DNA of 64,000 nucleotides. Origin: an uncultured Christensenella sp. (lineage in GTDB: Bacteria > Bacillota > Clostridia > Christensenellales > UBA1242). The notes under the pieces were generated by a model, which did not search any database, was not told where the DNA came from, and saw only the letters and a program-made list of their open reading frames with translations. How positions within the stretch are numbered: the first letter of the stretch is position 1; each line of letters starts with the position of its first letter. The translations under genes and the position numbers were made by a program. The DNA lies in contig CAJTYR010000001.1 of NCBI GenBank assembly GCA_910584295.1, positions 69,374 through 133,373 on the forward strand, read 5' to 3'. Positions 17,182 to 27,337 of the stretch are shown one piece after another.

Positions 17182-19299
17182 ATGGAAAAAGAACTCGCCC
17201 TCATTGGCGTAAATAAAATATATAAACTTGATAACAAAGAAACGTTTCACGCATTGCATGACATCAATGTTGAATTTGACAAAGGTGAACTCGTCTCAAT
17301 CGTTGGAGAAAGCGGAAGCGGCAAGTCAACATTGATGAATCTTATTGGTGGACTTGATTCCGACTTCACAGGCAAGATCATTGCAGGCGGAGAAGAACTT
17401 GGCACACTCGGAGAAAAAGAACTTGACAAATATAGAAAAAACAAAGTTGGGTTTGTTTTTCAATCTTTCAATTTGATTTCTCATCTTTCAATTTTGGATA
17501 ATGTCACACTCGCCCTCACTCTTTCAAATGTTGGAGAAAAAGAAAAGATCAAAAAGGCGACTGAAATGTTGAAAAAAGTCGGACTTTTCAATCAACTTAA
17601 GAAAAAGCCAACACAACTTTCCGGTGGACAAAAACAAAGAGTTGCAATTGCAAGAGCGCTTATCAATGACCCAGAGATCATCATTGCTGATGAGCCAACT
17701 GGCGCCCTTGACAGCCAAACTTCAATGCAAATTTTAGAAATCCTAAAAGAGATTGCAGACAGTGGAAAGCTTGTCATCATGGTCACCCACTCCGAAAAAG
17801 TTGCCTCAATTTCTTCAAGAGTTGTGGAAATTTCAGATGGAAAAATTGTCTCTGATCACATCAACAAAAACTATCAAAAGACTGAAGAGCCAATTGAAGA
17901 TGACGAGCCAGTTCTTGTTATCCCAAAAATTGTTGAAGAAGAAAAAAAGAAAAAAAGATTTGGAAAAGATAAACAAAATCTTTCTTTAATTTCTGCTGTA
18001 CGCCTTTCATTCCACAACATGTGGGCAAGCAAAGTGAAAAACTTTTTGATGGCTTTTGGTGTAGCAATAGGCATTGGAAGTTTAATTCTTATGATGAGTT
18101 TCAGTTCTGGGCTAACTGATTACATCGACAACACCATGAAGTCATATTCAAACCCAGAAATTGTCACTGTATCAAAAAAATCAAAATCTCTTGGAGACGC
18201 TTTGCAATATGACAAATTGAAATTTAAACAAAATGAAGAGGTCGATGAGATTAAAGAATTATATGATGATATTAATGGATTCCTTCAAAAAGAGAAAATA
18301 GATTTCACTGTCGATGAGACAAACACAAGTTTTGGTTTTGCTCTTATGACAATGGTTTTGCCAGAAGCATCAGTAAGCGACCGAAACGACAATGAAAACA
18401 AGAAAAGCATCTATTACCTCTATTCAATTCCTCCATATTACAGCAAAAGCAATGTCATTGATGGAGAAATGAGCAAGCCCCCTGTTTTAAATGAGGATGG
18501 AACAATAAAGAAAGAAAATGGCATCCCAGTGGACGGTGGAGGTTTTATGTTTACAAAGGGCATATATGACCTCTATAAAAATCCAATTGGTCAAAAAGTT
18601 AAAATCGAACTCAAACTTCCTGATGGAACAGAATTTACTTTTGCAGACCAAATTTGTGGAGTAATGGACACATCTGTTATGTCTGGATTCTTGGTTGCTT
18701 ATGTAGATTATGATTATTTAAAAGCGTTGTTTGAAAACACCGCTGGTGCAAAGGGAATGTTTGCCCCAACCACAATCTACATCAATACTGGAGACAAATC
18801 TCTGACTGACAAAATCAATGATTATCTTAAATCATCAACAAAATATACTGGTTCGCTTGAAGACAGCCTTGCAGGAATGTTCTCAAGCATGTCAAGCACA
18901 ATCGGCACTTCTCTCACTGTGATTTCTTGCATTTCGCTTGTTGTTTCTGCAATGATGATTTTGGTTGTGCTTTATATGAGCGTAAGCGAAAGAACAAAAG
19001 AGATTGGAGTTCTTAAATCAATTGGTGCAAGAAGAAAAGACATAAAACGAATTTTCACATCTGAAAGTTTTCTGGTCGGAGTCTTGAGTGGATTAATTGG
19101 AATACTATTCAATCTTGTCATCACGCTCATTGTTTGGCTTGTGCTTAAGTTTACACTTGGCTTTGCCCCTATTTCATACAGATGGTGGTATTTCTTCATT
19201 GCAATGGGAGTTTCAATCATCATCAGCATGCTTTCTGGTCTCTATCCAGCAAGCAAAGCAGCAAAACTTGATCCAGTTGAGTCCCTGCGAAGAGAATAA
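17182..19299 (+). CDS. fused ABC transporter ATP-binding protein/FtsX-type permease (MacB-like) with a large extracytoplasmic domain
   Basis: Walker A GESGSGKST, signature LSGGQKQR, Walker B IIIADEPT. About 290-aa loop after TM1 and a C-terminal FtsX 3-TM bundle. Start at the ATG after AAGGAG. Confidence 0.9.
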   Translation: MEKELALIGVNKIYKLDNKETFHALHDINVEFDKGELVSIVGESGSGKSTLMNLIGGLDSDFTGKIIAGGEELGTLGEKELDKYRKNKVGFVFQSFNLISHLSILDNVTLALTLSNVGEKEKIKKATEMLKKVGLFNQLKKKPTQLSGGQKQRVAIARALINDPEIIIADEPTGALDSQTSMQILEILKEIADSGKLVIMVTHSEKVASISSRVVEISDGKIVSDHINKNYQKTEEPIEDDEPVLVIPKIVEEEKKKKRFGKDKQNLSLISAVRLSFHNMWASKVKNFLMAFGVAIGIGSLILMMSFSSGLTDYIDNTMKSYSNPEIVTVSKKSKSLGDALQYDKLKFKQNEEVDEIKELYDDINGFLQKEKIDFTVDETNTSFGFALMTMVLPEASVSDRNDNENKKSIYYLYSIPPYYSKSNVIDGEMSKPPVLNEDGTIKKENGIPVDGGGFMFTKGIYDLYKNPIGQKVKIELKLPDGTEFTFADQICGVMDTSVMSGFLVAYVDYDYLKALFENTAGAKGMFAPTTIYINTGDKSLTDKINDYLKSSTKYTGSLEDSLAGMFSSMSSTIGTSLTVISCISLVVSAMMILVVLYMSVSERTKEIGVLKSIGARRKDIKRIFTSESFLVGVLSGLIGILFNLVITLIVWLVLKFTLGFAPISYRWWYFFIAMGVSIIISMLSGLYPASKAAKLDPVESLRRE

Positions 19300-19976
19300 T
19301 GAAAGGGCAACAAAATATGATTAACGTGAAAAAATTTATTAAAGATAATGCTGACTATGATTATTCTGAATTTAATAAAAAGCTTATAATCTCACAATAT
19401 GAAATAGTTGGAGTTAGGATTCCGCTTTTAAAGAAATTTGCGAAAGAGGTTGAACCTGAATATATAGACTTAAGTGATCCTCATATCTCACATGAAGAAA
19501 TCCTTTTATATGCTTTCGCTGCTGGACAAACAAAAACTGAAGACGAACAACTTGAATATCTCTCAAACCTTATGCCATACATCGACAATTGGGCAACCTG
19601 CGACAGCTCTGTCTCCGCCCTTAAAAGATTGACCGACGAAAAATCCTACAAATTTTTTAGTTCTCTTTTACAAAGTGACAAAGAGTTTTATGTTAGAGTT
19701 GGAATTGTTTCTATGATGAGAAATTTTTTGAAAACTGAAAAACTTGAGGATATACTTTTACAAATTGAGAAAATTGAAAAGAAAGAATATTATATTAACA
19801 TGGCAATAAGTTGGCTTTATGCAGAGTTATGCGCTTTCAACTTTGAAATAGGAAAAAAACAAATTGAAAAAACGACTGACAAGTTTATAAGAAACAAAGC
19901 TATATCAAAAGCTTGCGAAAGCTTCAGGGTTGACAAACCAAACAAAATGCTTTTGCAAACACTTAAGATAAAATAA
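19299..19976 (+). CDS. DNA alkylation repair protein (AlkC/AlkD-like HEAT-repeat family)
   Basis: VGVRIPLLKKFAKEV and IDNWATCDS are typical of the DNA_alkylation family. Start could also be 19317. Confidence 0.7.
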   Translation: MKGQQNMINVKKFIKDNADYDYSEFNKKLIISQYEIVGVRIPLLKKFAKEVEPEYIDLSDPHISHEEILLYAFAAGQTKTEDEQLEYLSNLMPYIDNWATCDSSVSALKRLTDEKSYKFFSSLLQSDKEFYVRVGIVSMMRNFLKTEKLEDILLQIEKIEKKEYYINMAISWLYAELCAFNFEIGKKQIEKTTDKFIRNKAISKACESFRVDKPNKMLLQTLKIK

Positions 19977-20006
19977 AAAAACACCAGAATTTTTCTGGTG
20001 TTTTTA
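19975..20006. terminator. bidirectional terminator
   Basis: ACACCAGA-atttt-TCTGGTGT flanked by an A-run and a T-run. Confidence 0.8.
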
Positions 20007-20525
20007 TTTAACATTAAATGCATTGCGGCTCTTATATGTGTCAAATATCAAATTGATCACAGAAGGATAATATTGAATAAATTTTTTCTTTTTGATAAGT
20101 TTCAAAATCTCTTTTTGACCCGCCCATTTGACGGCTTGGACTTCACCATCAACAAATTTAATTTGTTCAAGTGAAACATCTCTTTCCACAACAAACATGT
20201 CATCAAAGCCATCTTTGAAATTGAATGTATAAAGAGGTCTCAACTCTGAAAAATCCAGAAAAATTCCAAGTTCTTCTTCGAGTTCCCTCTGGGCAGCCTT
20301 GCGAGCATTTTCTCCTGCCTGAACATTTCCTCCCAAAGTTAAATCCTAAACATTTGGGAAATTTTTCTTGGTGCTGGAACGTTGCTGAATCAAAAGTTTA
20401 CCTTGGCTGTTAATGACACAAATATGCACAACCATTCTATATTCACCCTTTTTCATCTTTGCTTCTTTCTCTGCAATTTTTCCAAGCCTAATTCTGTCTG
20501 CATTATACAAATCTATTTTTTCCAT
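20004..20525 (-). pseudogene. Nudix hydrolase interrupted by one in-frame TAG
   Basis: ORFs 20346-20582 and 20004-20336 are in the same frame. The junction reads KKNFPNV-TAG-DLTLGGNVQAGENARKAAQRELEEELGI. The stop (20346-20348) sits where Nudix proteins of this type have Trp (FPGxWD). Confidence 0.75.
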
Positions 20526-20584
20526 TTTATCCCCTTTCTTGAAAATGAAAAAAAGAAAGAAAATTATTCTTTCTTTAAACAACC

Positions 20585-20935
20585 TTATTTATTGTCTGCA
20601 GATTTAACCTTTGCAGCCTTGCCAGTAAGGTTTCTAACATAGTAGAGTTTTGCTCTTCTAGGTTTACCCTTTCTAACCACTTCAATTGAAGCAATTTTTG
20701 GTGAATGAACAGGGAAAGATTTTTCAACACCAACACCATAAGACAATTTTCTTACAGTGAAAGTTTCTCTGATTCCACCATTTTTTCTGGCAATAACAAC
20801 ACCTTCAAAAGCTTGCAATCTTTCTTTGTCACCTTCAGCAATTCTAACAACAACCTTAACGGTGTCACCGATTGCAAATGAAGGAACAGTTTCTTTCATG
20901 CCTTCTCTTTCGAGTTGATCGATAATATTAGCCAT
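20585..20935 (-). CDS. rplS: 50S ribosomal protein L19
   Basis: 116 aa with [35 protein letters not shown]. Confidence 0.97.
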   Translation of the reverse strand: MANIIDQLEREGMKETVPSFAIGDTVKVVVRIAEGDKERLQAFEGVVIARKNGGIRETFTVRKLSYGVGVEKSFPVHSPKIASIEVVRKGKPRRAKLYYVRNLTGKAAKVKSADNK

Positions 20936-21035
20936 TGACTTATCTCCTTTTTTCAGATTTTCGACAAAGTGTTCATAAAGCTTGAGATTTTCTCATAAGT
21001 TCTTCATCGGAGCACCCGAAGTCTTTTTGATTATA
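20936..21035 (-). promoter_or_regulatory. rplS promoter (extended -10) and ~90-nt structured 5' UTR, candidate L19 leader
   Basis: On the minus strand: TTGTTT, 18-nt spacer, TGcTATAAT (-10 at 21030-21035). The leader contains CUUCgggugcuccgauGAAG and GAGAaaaUCUC hairpins. Confidence 0.35.
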
Positions 21036-21100
21036 GCATATCAAAATCTCAAAAAACAAGTGTTTTTAACAATATTTCTTTGATTATATTAAAAAATAAT

Positions 21101-21123
21101 AATAAAAAAGAGGCACAGCCTCT
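21101..21123 (-). terminator. rho-independent terminator after the metallophosphoesterase gene
   Basis: Minus strand AGAGGC-tgt-GCCTCT followed by TTTTTT. Confidence 0.75.
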
Positions 21124-21124
21124 C

Positions 21125-21826
21125 TTAATCCTCCAAAATATAAGCGGTATATTCTTTTGCCCATGGATAATTCGCTTTTAAAATGTCCTCTCGAAGCCTC
21201 TTAACATCATAATCAACGGTCTTATCCTCGAAAGAAACACCATTTTCATTCACTTCTATCATCAAATAATGTGCTGGATGTCTGACACCAAGTGCATTAA
21301 CTCCCACATAAGTTGCTTTGTCAGACTTATATAATTGTGAAATATGCTCATGTCCAAAAAATATGTAATCAGCTTTGATGGATTTAAACAACTCATCAAA
21401 AACCTCAGCAGATCTTATCTCTGGTTCATCCATAACCAGTCTCTGTGTTTCCCAAGGAAAATGCACGAAGTAAAAAGTCTTTCCATCTATCTTCAACCGA
21501 CAACTTTTGGGAAGAGACATGAAAACTTTCTCATATTCTTTTTTTACAATTCTTTTGACATAGTGCTGATGCTTCCGCCTCTCACCTTGAAAATATGGAA
21601 ATTCTTCCTTAGGAAGACCAAAAGCATAATAACAATCATGATTTCCCATAAGCCAAATGTCACCGCTTTTTAGCACATTTTCAATGCATTCGTTCGGAAA
21701 TGGACAAACAGCAACAATATCACCAAGAAAAATCCTCAAATCAGCCGATTTATAATCATCGGTTTGCATGAGGCTTTCAAGTGCATAAAGATTACTATGA
21801 ACATCAGAATAAACACAAATTTTCAT
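21125..21826 (-). CDS. metallophosphoesterase (YfcE/MJ0936-like)
   Basis: DVHSN, GDIV, GNHD and GHEH motifs in order. Start set at MKICVYSDVH. Confidence 0.85.
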   Translation of the reverse strand: MKICVYSDVHSNLYALESLMQTDDYKSADLRIFLGDIVAVCPFPNECIENVLKSGDIWLMGNHDCYYAFGLPKEEFPYFQGERRKHQHYVKRIVKKEYEKVFMSLPKSCRLKIDGKTFYFVHFPWETQRLVMDEPEIRSAEVFDELFKSIKADYIFFGHEHISQLYKSDKATYVGVNALGVRHPAHYLMIEVNENGVSFEDKTVDYDVKRLREDILKANYPWAKEYTAYILED

Positions 21827-21842
21827 CTTCATCCTCAAAGCT

Positions 21843-22577
21843 TTATTTAATCAGACTGCCGCCATTAACTCCAATATTTTCACCATTGATAAAATCAGCC
21901 TTGTCACCAAGTAAAAACAAAACTGCATTTGAAACATCTTCCATATTTGCAAGTCTTCCTCTTGGACAACTTGCTTCTTGATCTGTAATCTCCTCTTTTG
22001 ACCAACCCTTTTTTGCAAGCGGTGTCAAAACAAGAGAAGGGCTGACACAATTACTTCTTATTCCATATGAAGCTAGTTCAAGTGCCAAGCATTGTGAAAG
22101 TGTTATGATTGCTGATTCAGAACAACAATATGCACTGCATTCTGTATCAGGTCTTGCCGCCATCCTTGAAGCTATATGGACAATTGATGCATTTTTTTGT
22201 TTTTTAAGAAGCGGAATAGCATATTTTGAACAAAGCATTTTTCCAATAAAGTTTGTCTCGATAACATTTTTATAGGATTGCAAATTGCATGTTTCCACAA
22301 ATTCATCAACATTTGTGCCTGCATTGTTGACAAGTCCATTGATTTTCTTAAATTTCTTTTCAACTTGTATAAAAGCAGTTTTCACATCTTCTTCATTCGA
22401 AACATCACATTTGATGATTTCAAGTTCAAAACCTAATTTCTCAAATTCTTTTTGTGTTTGACTTGCTTTTTTGTCATCATGAGCATAAAATGTCACAACT
22501 TTGTGTCCCAATGCACATAAATCTTTGCAAATCTGCTTTCCTATGCCAGATGTTCCACCAGTGACAACATAAACCAT
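21843..22577 (-). CDS. SDR family oxidoreductase
   Basis: VTGGTSGIGK, NNAG and a C-terminal GENIGVNGG. Confidence 0.85.
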   Translation of the reverse strand: MVYVVTGGTSGIGKQICKDLCALGHKVVTFYAHDDKKASQTQKEFEKLGFELEIIKCDVSNEEDVKTAFIQVEKKFKKINGLVNNAGTNVDEFVETCNLQSYKNVIETNFIGKMLCSKYAIPLLKKQKNASIVHIASRMAARPDTECSAYCCSESAIITLSQCLALELASYGIRSNCVSPSLVLTPLAKKGWSKEEITDQEASCPRGRLANMEDVSNAVLFLLGDKADFINGENIGVNGGSLIK

Positions 22578-22601
22578 AAATCTTTCCTCCTCTCAAAATC
22601 T

Positions 22602-22958
22602 TTAAAAAGCATTTTCAATGTGATTTAAAATTTCATCTCCCAACACTTCAACAACATCAAATCTGCAATCACAATCAATCTTGTGCTTTTGCATCAGATA
22701 TAGTTGTGCAACATTTCGAAGTTTTTGCTGTTTTCGCTTGTCAACAGCCTCGCAAGGTCTTCCAAATTCCAAAGTCTCTCTTGCTTTAACTTCAACAAAC
22801 ACCAAAACATTTTTATCTTCTGCAATTATATCAATTTCACCAATTCTATTAGCATAGTTTTTCTCAATAATCTTATATTTCTTCTTTTTCAGATACGTTG
22901 TAGCAATTTCTTCACCATAACCACCCTTAAATTTGTTTAATCTTTTATAAAATGCCAT
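22602..22958 (-). CDS. yraN: YraN family endonuclease-like protein (UPF0102)
   Basis: GEEIATTYLKKKKYKIIEKNY...GEIDIIAEDKNVLVFVEVKAR. Confidence 0.85.
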   Translation of the reverse strand: MAFYKRLNKFKGGYGEEIATTYLKKKKYKIIEKNYANRIGEIDIIAEDKNVLVFVEVKARETLEFGRPCEAVDKRKQQKLRNVAQLYLMQKHKIDCDCRFDVVEVLGDEILNHIENAF

Positions 22959-22989
22959 ATATCACACCTTTAATTATAATATCATAACA

Positions 22990-23802
22990 TTAATCAAGCG
23001 TAATCTTTCCAATTCTTCCTTTTCTGAAATCATCAACAATCATTCTTGCAGCTCTCTCAACATCAATTTCACCACCACCAACAACATATTTACGAGAAAT
23101 TGCAATCTCTTCAATAGTTTTTGCTTCACCATACCTGTTTTTGACAAGAATTGGATATTTTTCTTGCAAAAGTTTCAAAAGCTCAATTGAAAGTTCATTA
23201 AAGTCCAAAATTTCATCTCTTACACTTCCAACATAGGCAAGCCTTTTTGCGGTTTCTTGGTCTGAAATGTTTGGATAAAGCGTTCCTGGTGTGTCATAAA
23301 CCTCAATACAATCCCCAATTGGAAGCCACAAACCATGTTTTGTGACACCAGCCTTATTTCCAGTGATTGCTTTGGCTTTTTTGCTTAAGTTATTAACTAA
23401 TGTGCTCTTCCCACAGTTTGGAACACCAATAATCATTGTCCTGATAGTCGCTTTAATACCTTTTGCTTTGTATTTTTCAATCTTTTTTGATGCAAGTTTC
23501 TTAAGCTTTGAAACAATAATATCTGATTTTCCTGACATCGTGCTGTTGAAAAGCACATAATCAACATTATCTCCCCTAAACTCTGGCAAAATTTCTTTAA
23601 TTCTTTTCTCATCCGCCATATCAATTTTGTTAATGACATAAAGAATAGGTTTGTTTTCAGCCAACTTGGAAAGGCTTGGATTAAGGGAAGAAAGTGGGAT
23701 ACGTGCATCAAGAATATAAGTGACAACATCAACTTTTTTCAGTTGCTCACTTATGTCCTTAAGTGCTTTATTCATATGTCCAGGGAACCAATTAATTTTC
23801 AT
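22990..23802 (-). CDS. rbgA: ribosome biogenesis GTPase A (YlqF/RbgA)
   Basis: INWFPGHMNKA start, circularly permuted G motifs (NKIDM...GVPNCGKST...DTPG). Confidence 0.92.
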   Translation of the reverse strand: MKINWFPGHMNKALKDISEQLKKVDVVTYILDARIPLSSLNPSLSKLAENKPILYVINKIDMADEKRIKEILPEFRGDNVDYVLFNSTMSGKSDIIVSKLKKLASKKIEKYKAKGIKATIRTMIIGVPNCGKSTLVNNLSKKAKAITGNKAGVTKHGLWLPIGDCIEVYDTPGTLYPNISDQETAKRLAYVGSVRDEILDFNELSIELLKLLQEKYPILVKNRYGEAKTIEEIAISRKYVVGGGEIDVERAARMIVDDFRKGRIGKITLD

Positions 23803-23811
23803 TATCTCTCC

Positions 23812-23859
23812 ATATATTGTGTATTATGTATTGCATATTACACTACTTTCAGTGTAATA
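23812..23859. repeat. copy 3 of the 15-mer (23812-23826, minus sense) directly upstream of the rbgA RBS, plus an adjacent 9-bp hairpin
   Basis: ATATATTGTGTATTAT at 23812-23827. TATTACACT-actttc-AGTGTAATA at 23836-23859. Confidence 0.7.
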
Positions 23860-23860
23860 C

Positions 23861-24526
23861 TCAATTTTCCAACAAATCTTTCCTTAATGCTTTTGTGCGT
23901 TTAAGACTTTCTGATTTTCTCCATTTATCCACCTCAGCATGGTTGCCAGAGATCAAAACCTCTGGCACTGACAAACCTTCAAATGTTTGAGGTCTTGTGT
24001 ATTGAGGATACTCCAAAAGTCCATTTGAAAAACTTTCGCTTGTCAAACTATCTTTTGAAATCACTCCATCGACAAAACGAGCAAGACTGTCTATGATTAC
24101 CATTGAAGGGAGTTCCCCTCCTGTCAGCACATAATCTCCAATTGAGATTTGCTCAATGTCGAAAAGTTCGAAAATCCTCTCATCCACACCTTCATAATGT
24201 CCACAAACAAAAATCAGATGCTCATTTTTTGATAACTCCTCTGCTTTTTCAGCATTGAATGTCTTTCCTATTGGTGAAGGAAAAATTATTTTTGCTCCAT
24301 CTTTATAGACAGATTTTATGGCGTCAAACAAAGGCTGAACAGTCATAAGCATGCCAGCCCCTCCTCCAAAAGGATAATCGTCACATTTCTTATGCTTATC
24401 CTTTGAAAAATCTCGTATGTTGATTGTGTTAATTTCCAAGATGCCACTTTCTTCTGCTCGAGCCAAAATGCTGGTTTTAAGCGGTGAAAAAGCTTCTGGG
24501 AACAATGTCAAGATATCAATTTTCAT
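23861..24526 (-). CDS. trmD: tRNA (guanine37-N1)-methyltransferase
   Basis: [13 protein letters not shown] start, [11 protein letters not shown], and the GHYEGVDER motif. Confidence 0.96.
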   Translation of the reverse strand: MKIDILTLFPEAFSPLKTSILARAEESGILEINTINIRDFSKDKHKKCDDYPFGGGAGMLMTVQPLFDAIKSVYKDGAKIIFPSPIGKTFNAEKAEELSKNEHLIFVCGHYEGVDERIFELFDIEQISIGDYVLTGGELPSMVIIDSLARFVDGVISKDSLTSESFSNGLLEYPQYTRPQTFEGLSVPEVLISGNHAEVDKWRKSESLKRTKALRKDLLEN

Positions 24527-25023
24527 CTTTCTTGGATCACCTTTGCGCCATTATATTCATTTCTTATTGCAACAAGAGTTCCATTTGCATTTATGAAAAT
24601 CTCTTTTCTGAAAGGAACTTCATATAAAAGCCCATCTTCTTGGATGATAAGAATGTCATCAAAACCATAGTCAATTGCATTCATAATTTGTCCAACCAGC
24701 TCCCCTTTCTCATCATAAATGATTGTGCCAATCAAATCTTCAATAAGAAAATCGTCAGTTGACAAAAGCAAAAATTCCTCTTTTGTTATATAAACAAACT
24801 TGTTGCGGTATTTTTCTGCAACATTTCGATCTGTAATTTCGTCAAACTTCACATATCCATAACCAAGTCTGAAAGTTGCGCTTGAAAAAGAACTTGGTCT
24901 TTTTTCAATATAAAGCTTGTGCTTCCCATTAAAAATCGCAGGGATATCAATCGAAGGAAAGATTTTGACTTCCCCCTTAATGCCCTGCGGTTTTATTATT
25001 TTGCCTACGCAAACAAACTCCAT
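24523..25023 (-). CDS. rimM: 16S rRNA processing protein RimM
   Basis: [17 protein letters not shown]-terminus. Start set at ATG 25023, 1 nt after the KH gene stop. Confidence 0.9.
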   Translation of the reverse strand: MEFVCVGKIIKPQGIKGEVKIFPSIDIPAIFNGKHKLYIEKRPSSFSSATFRLGYGYVKFDEITDRNVAEKYRNKFVYITKEEFLLLSTDDFLIEDLIGTIIYDEKGELVGQIMNAIDYGFDDILIIQEDGLLYEVPFRKEIFINANGTLVAIRNEYNGAKVIQER

Positions 25024-25024
25024 A

Positions 25025-25255
25025 TTAGTCCTCAAACTTTACAAAAACTTTTTTATGTGCCCGAGCACCAATTGACTTCATAACAGTTCTGATGCTTGTT
25101 GCAGTTTTTCCATTCTTGCCAATAACTTTGCCAAGATCAGAAGAAGCAACTGTGACATGATATGTGATAGAGTTTTCATCTTCCTCTTTTTCCACTTTCA
25201 CTTCGTCTTCTTTTTCAACGAGAGCTTTGGTGAGAAATTTCAACAATTCGTCCAT
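25025..25255 (-). CDS. KH-domain RNA-binding protein (YlqC-like)
   Basis: 76 aa with DLGKVIGKNGKTATSIRTV (GxxG KH loop); conserved position between rpsP and rimM. Confidence 0.85.
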   Translation of the reverse strand: MDELLKFLTKALVEKEDEVKVEKEEDENSITYHVTVASSDLGKVIGKNGKTATSIRTVMKSIGARAHKKVFVKFED

Positions 25256-25266
25256 GTTTTTTCTCC

Positions 25267-25524
25267 TTATTTGTTTTCTGCGTTGATAGCACCACTCTTC
25301 ACCAAAATTGATTTTGCAGTTTCAGTTGGTGTTGCACCATTCTTAAGCCATTGTTGTGCTTTTGCATTGTCAATTTTGATTTCTGCTGGGTTTGTAAGTG
25401 GATTGTAAGTGCCAAGAAGGTCAATGTATTTTCCATCTCTTGGGCTCTTTGAATCAGCAACCACCACACGATAGAAAGGTGATTTCTTATCTCCCATTCT
25501 TGTAAGTCTAATTTTAACAGCCAT
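25267..25524 (-). CDS. rpsP: 30S ribosomal protein S16
   Basis: [34 protein letters not shown]. Confidence 0.96.
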   Translation of the reverse strand: MAVKIRLTRMGDKKSPFYRVVVADSKSPRDGKYIDLLGTYNPLTNPAEIKIDNAKAQQWLKNGATPTETAKSILVKSGAINAENK

Positions 25525-25609
25525 TTTTCTCTCCTTTTGGGTTTCCCCTATATTTTTTTCTTTGGCGTTTAAGCCTATATATAATCAAGTTGCCTTGTTT
25601 ATACCATTT

Positions 25610-26923
25610 CTAGAACATTCCTCTCATCCCACGTCTTCCTTTGAGCTGTTTCATCATTTCTTTTGATTGCTCAAATTGACGAAGAAGCATGTTTACTTGC
25701 TGAATTGAAGTTCCGCTGCCATCAGCAATACGCTTACGTCTGCTTGCTTTGATAAGGTCTGGATTAAGTCGTTCTTCTTTTGTCATACTTTGAATGATCG
25801 CTTTGTTGACTTCAAGTTGTTTTTCATCAATTGTGATGCCTTTCATTTTTGTTGCCATTCCAGGAATCATTCCAAGAAGATCATTAATGTTACCCATTTT
25901 TTTGAGGCTTTCCATTTGTGTGAGATAGTCTTCAAAAGTGAAAGAGTTTTCTCTCAACTTTTCGGTCATCTTTTTTGCTTCTTCTTCAGTCACCGCTTGT
26001 TGTGCCTTTTCAATAAGCGATAACACATCTCCCATGCCCAAAATTCTGCTTGCAATTCGGTCTGGATAGAAAGGTTCAAGATCTCCAATCTTTTCTCCAA
26101 TTCCTGAAAATTTGATTGGTTTTCCGGTGATAGCTTTGATTGAAAGTGCCGCACCACCGCGAGTATCACCATCAAGTTTTGTAAGCACAACGCCAGTTAT
26201 ATCAAGATCATTGTTAAAACTTTCGCTGATTGTGACAGCATCTTGACCTGTCATGGAATCCACAACAAGCAAAATTTCCGTTGGCTTAACTTCTTTTTTG
26301 ATCTCTTTTAGTTCTTGCATCAATTCTTCATTGATGTGAAGTCGACCTGCAGTGTCAATTATGACCGTGTCATAACCTTGTTTCTTTGCATGTTCAATTG
26401 CTTGTTTTGCTGTTTTGACTGGATTTTGAGTTCCTCTTTCAAAAACTTCAGCGTTTGCTGTCTTTCCAACAACTTGAAGTTGGTTGATGGCTGCCGGTCG
26501 ATAGATATCACAAGCAACCAAAAGAGGTTTTTTTCCACTTTTTTTCAGATGATATGCAAGCTTTCCACACATTGTGGTTTTGCCCGCACCTTGGAGACCG
26601 CACATCATAATCACTGTTGGCGGATTTGAAGAGACTTGCAACTTTTGATTGTCAGAAGAAATTAAAGCAGTAAGTTCATCTCTTACAATTTTAATAACCA
26701 TTTGACCAGGTGTCAGGCTTTTCATAACCTCTTCACCCATTGCCTTTGCACTTACATCGCCAACAAATTTCTTTGCAACCAAATAGTTTACATCAGCTTC
26801 AAGCAATGCAACTCTTACTTCTCTCATAGCTTCTTTGATTTCAAGTTCAGTAAGCCTCCCTCTTTTGGTAAGCTTTGAGAAAATGTGATTAAGTTTTTCT
26901 GATAATGATGAAAATAATGCCAT
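25610..26923 (-). CDS. ffh: signal recognition particle protein Ffh
   Basis: NG domain with GLQGAGKTT and DTAGR; Met-rich M domain. Confidence 0.97.
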   Translation of the reverse strand: MALFSSLSEKLNHIFSKLTKRGRLTELEIKEAMREVRVALLEADVNYLVAKKFVGDVSAKAMGEEVMKSLTPGQMVIKIVRDELTALISSDNQKLQVSSNPPTVIMMCGLQGAGKTTMCGKLAYHLKKSGKKPLLVACDIYRPAAINQLQVVGKTANAEVFERGTQNPVKTAKQAIEHAKKQGYDTVIIDTAGRLHINEELMQELKEIKKEVKPTEILLVVDSMTGQDAVTISESFNNDLDITGVVLTKLDGDTRGGAALSIKAITGKPIKFSGIGEKIGDLEPFYPDRIASRILGMGDVLSLIEKAQQAVTEEEAKKMTEKLRENSFTFEDYLTQMESLKKMGNINDLLGMIPGMATKMKGITIDEKQLEVNKAIIQSMTKEERLNPDLIKASRRKRIADGSGTSIQQVNMLLRQFEQSKEMMKQLKGRRGMRGMF

Positions 26924-27252
26924 TAGATTTCCTTTATTATTTCTTCAATTTTCTTTTTTACATCATCTAAGTTGTCCTCATGAAGCAAATCATTAAGTCT
27001 CCTTGAAATTTTTTCATTTCTTGCCCCAAATTTCAAAGCAACCTCATATTCATCAAGCTTTTGACAAGCTTTATCAATTGCATCAAGCACTGCTTGCCTT
27101 GAAATATTTTTTTCTTTTGCAATTTCTGCCAAAGTCATATTATACTCAAAATAAGCACTCATAATCCTTTGCCTGTCAGCACTTAAAAGTTTGCCATAAA
27201 CATCAAAAAGTTTGCCATATTTGATGAAATCTTGCAGTGCAATTTTTGCCAT
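26923..27252 (-). CDS. ylxM: YlxM-type putative DNA-binding protein (UPF0122)
   Basis: YFEYNMTLAEIAKEKNISRQAVLDAI HTH; directly upstream of ffh. Start at MAKIALQDF with a GAGG RBS. Confidence 0.85.
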   Translation of the reverse strand: MAKIALQDFIKYGKLFDVYGKLLSADRQRIMSAYFEYNMTLAEIAKEKNISRQAVLDAIDKACQKLDEYEVALKFGARNEKISRRLNDLLHEDNLDDVKKKIEEIIKEI

Positions 27253-27293
27253 GTAGAACCTCATTTGTCAAGCAAAATCGCTTTACATTTTGT

Positions 27294-27322
27294 ATTTTAC
27301 CATAACAAATATTTTTTTGCAA
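27294..27322 (-). promoter_or_regulatory. sigma-A promoter (extended -10) for the ylxM-ffh operon
   Basis: Minus strand TTGCAA, 17-nt spacer, TGgTAAAAT. Confidence 0.45.
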
Positions 27323-27337
27323 GCAAATTTTCCAAAT

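Noticed and set aside
20346-20348. Possibility that TAG (or TGA) is reassigned in this genome.
   Set aside because: TAG terminates the DegV gene (11032-11034) and tadA (53662-53664) at the expected protein ends. TGA terminates several genes, and no conserved gene is broken by TGA. Only the Nudix gene has an internal stop, so a point mutation is the simpler reading.
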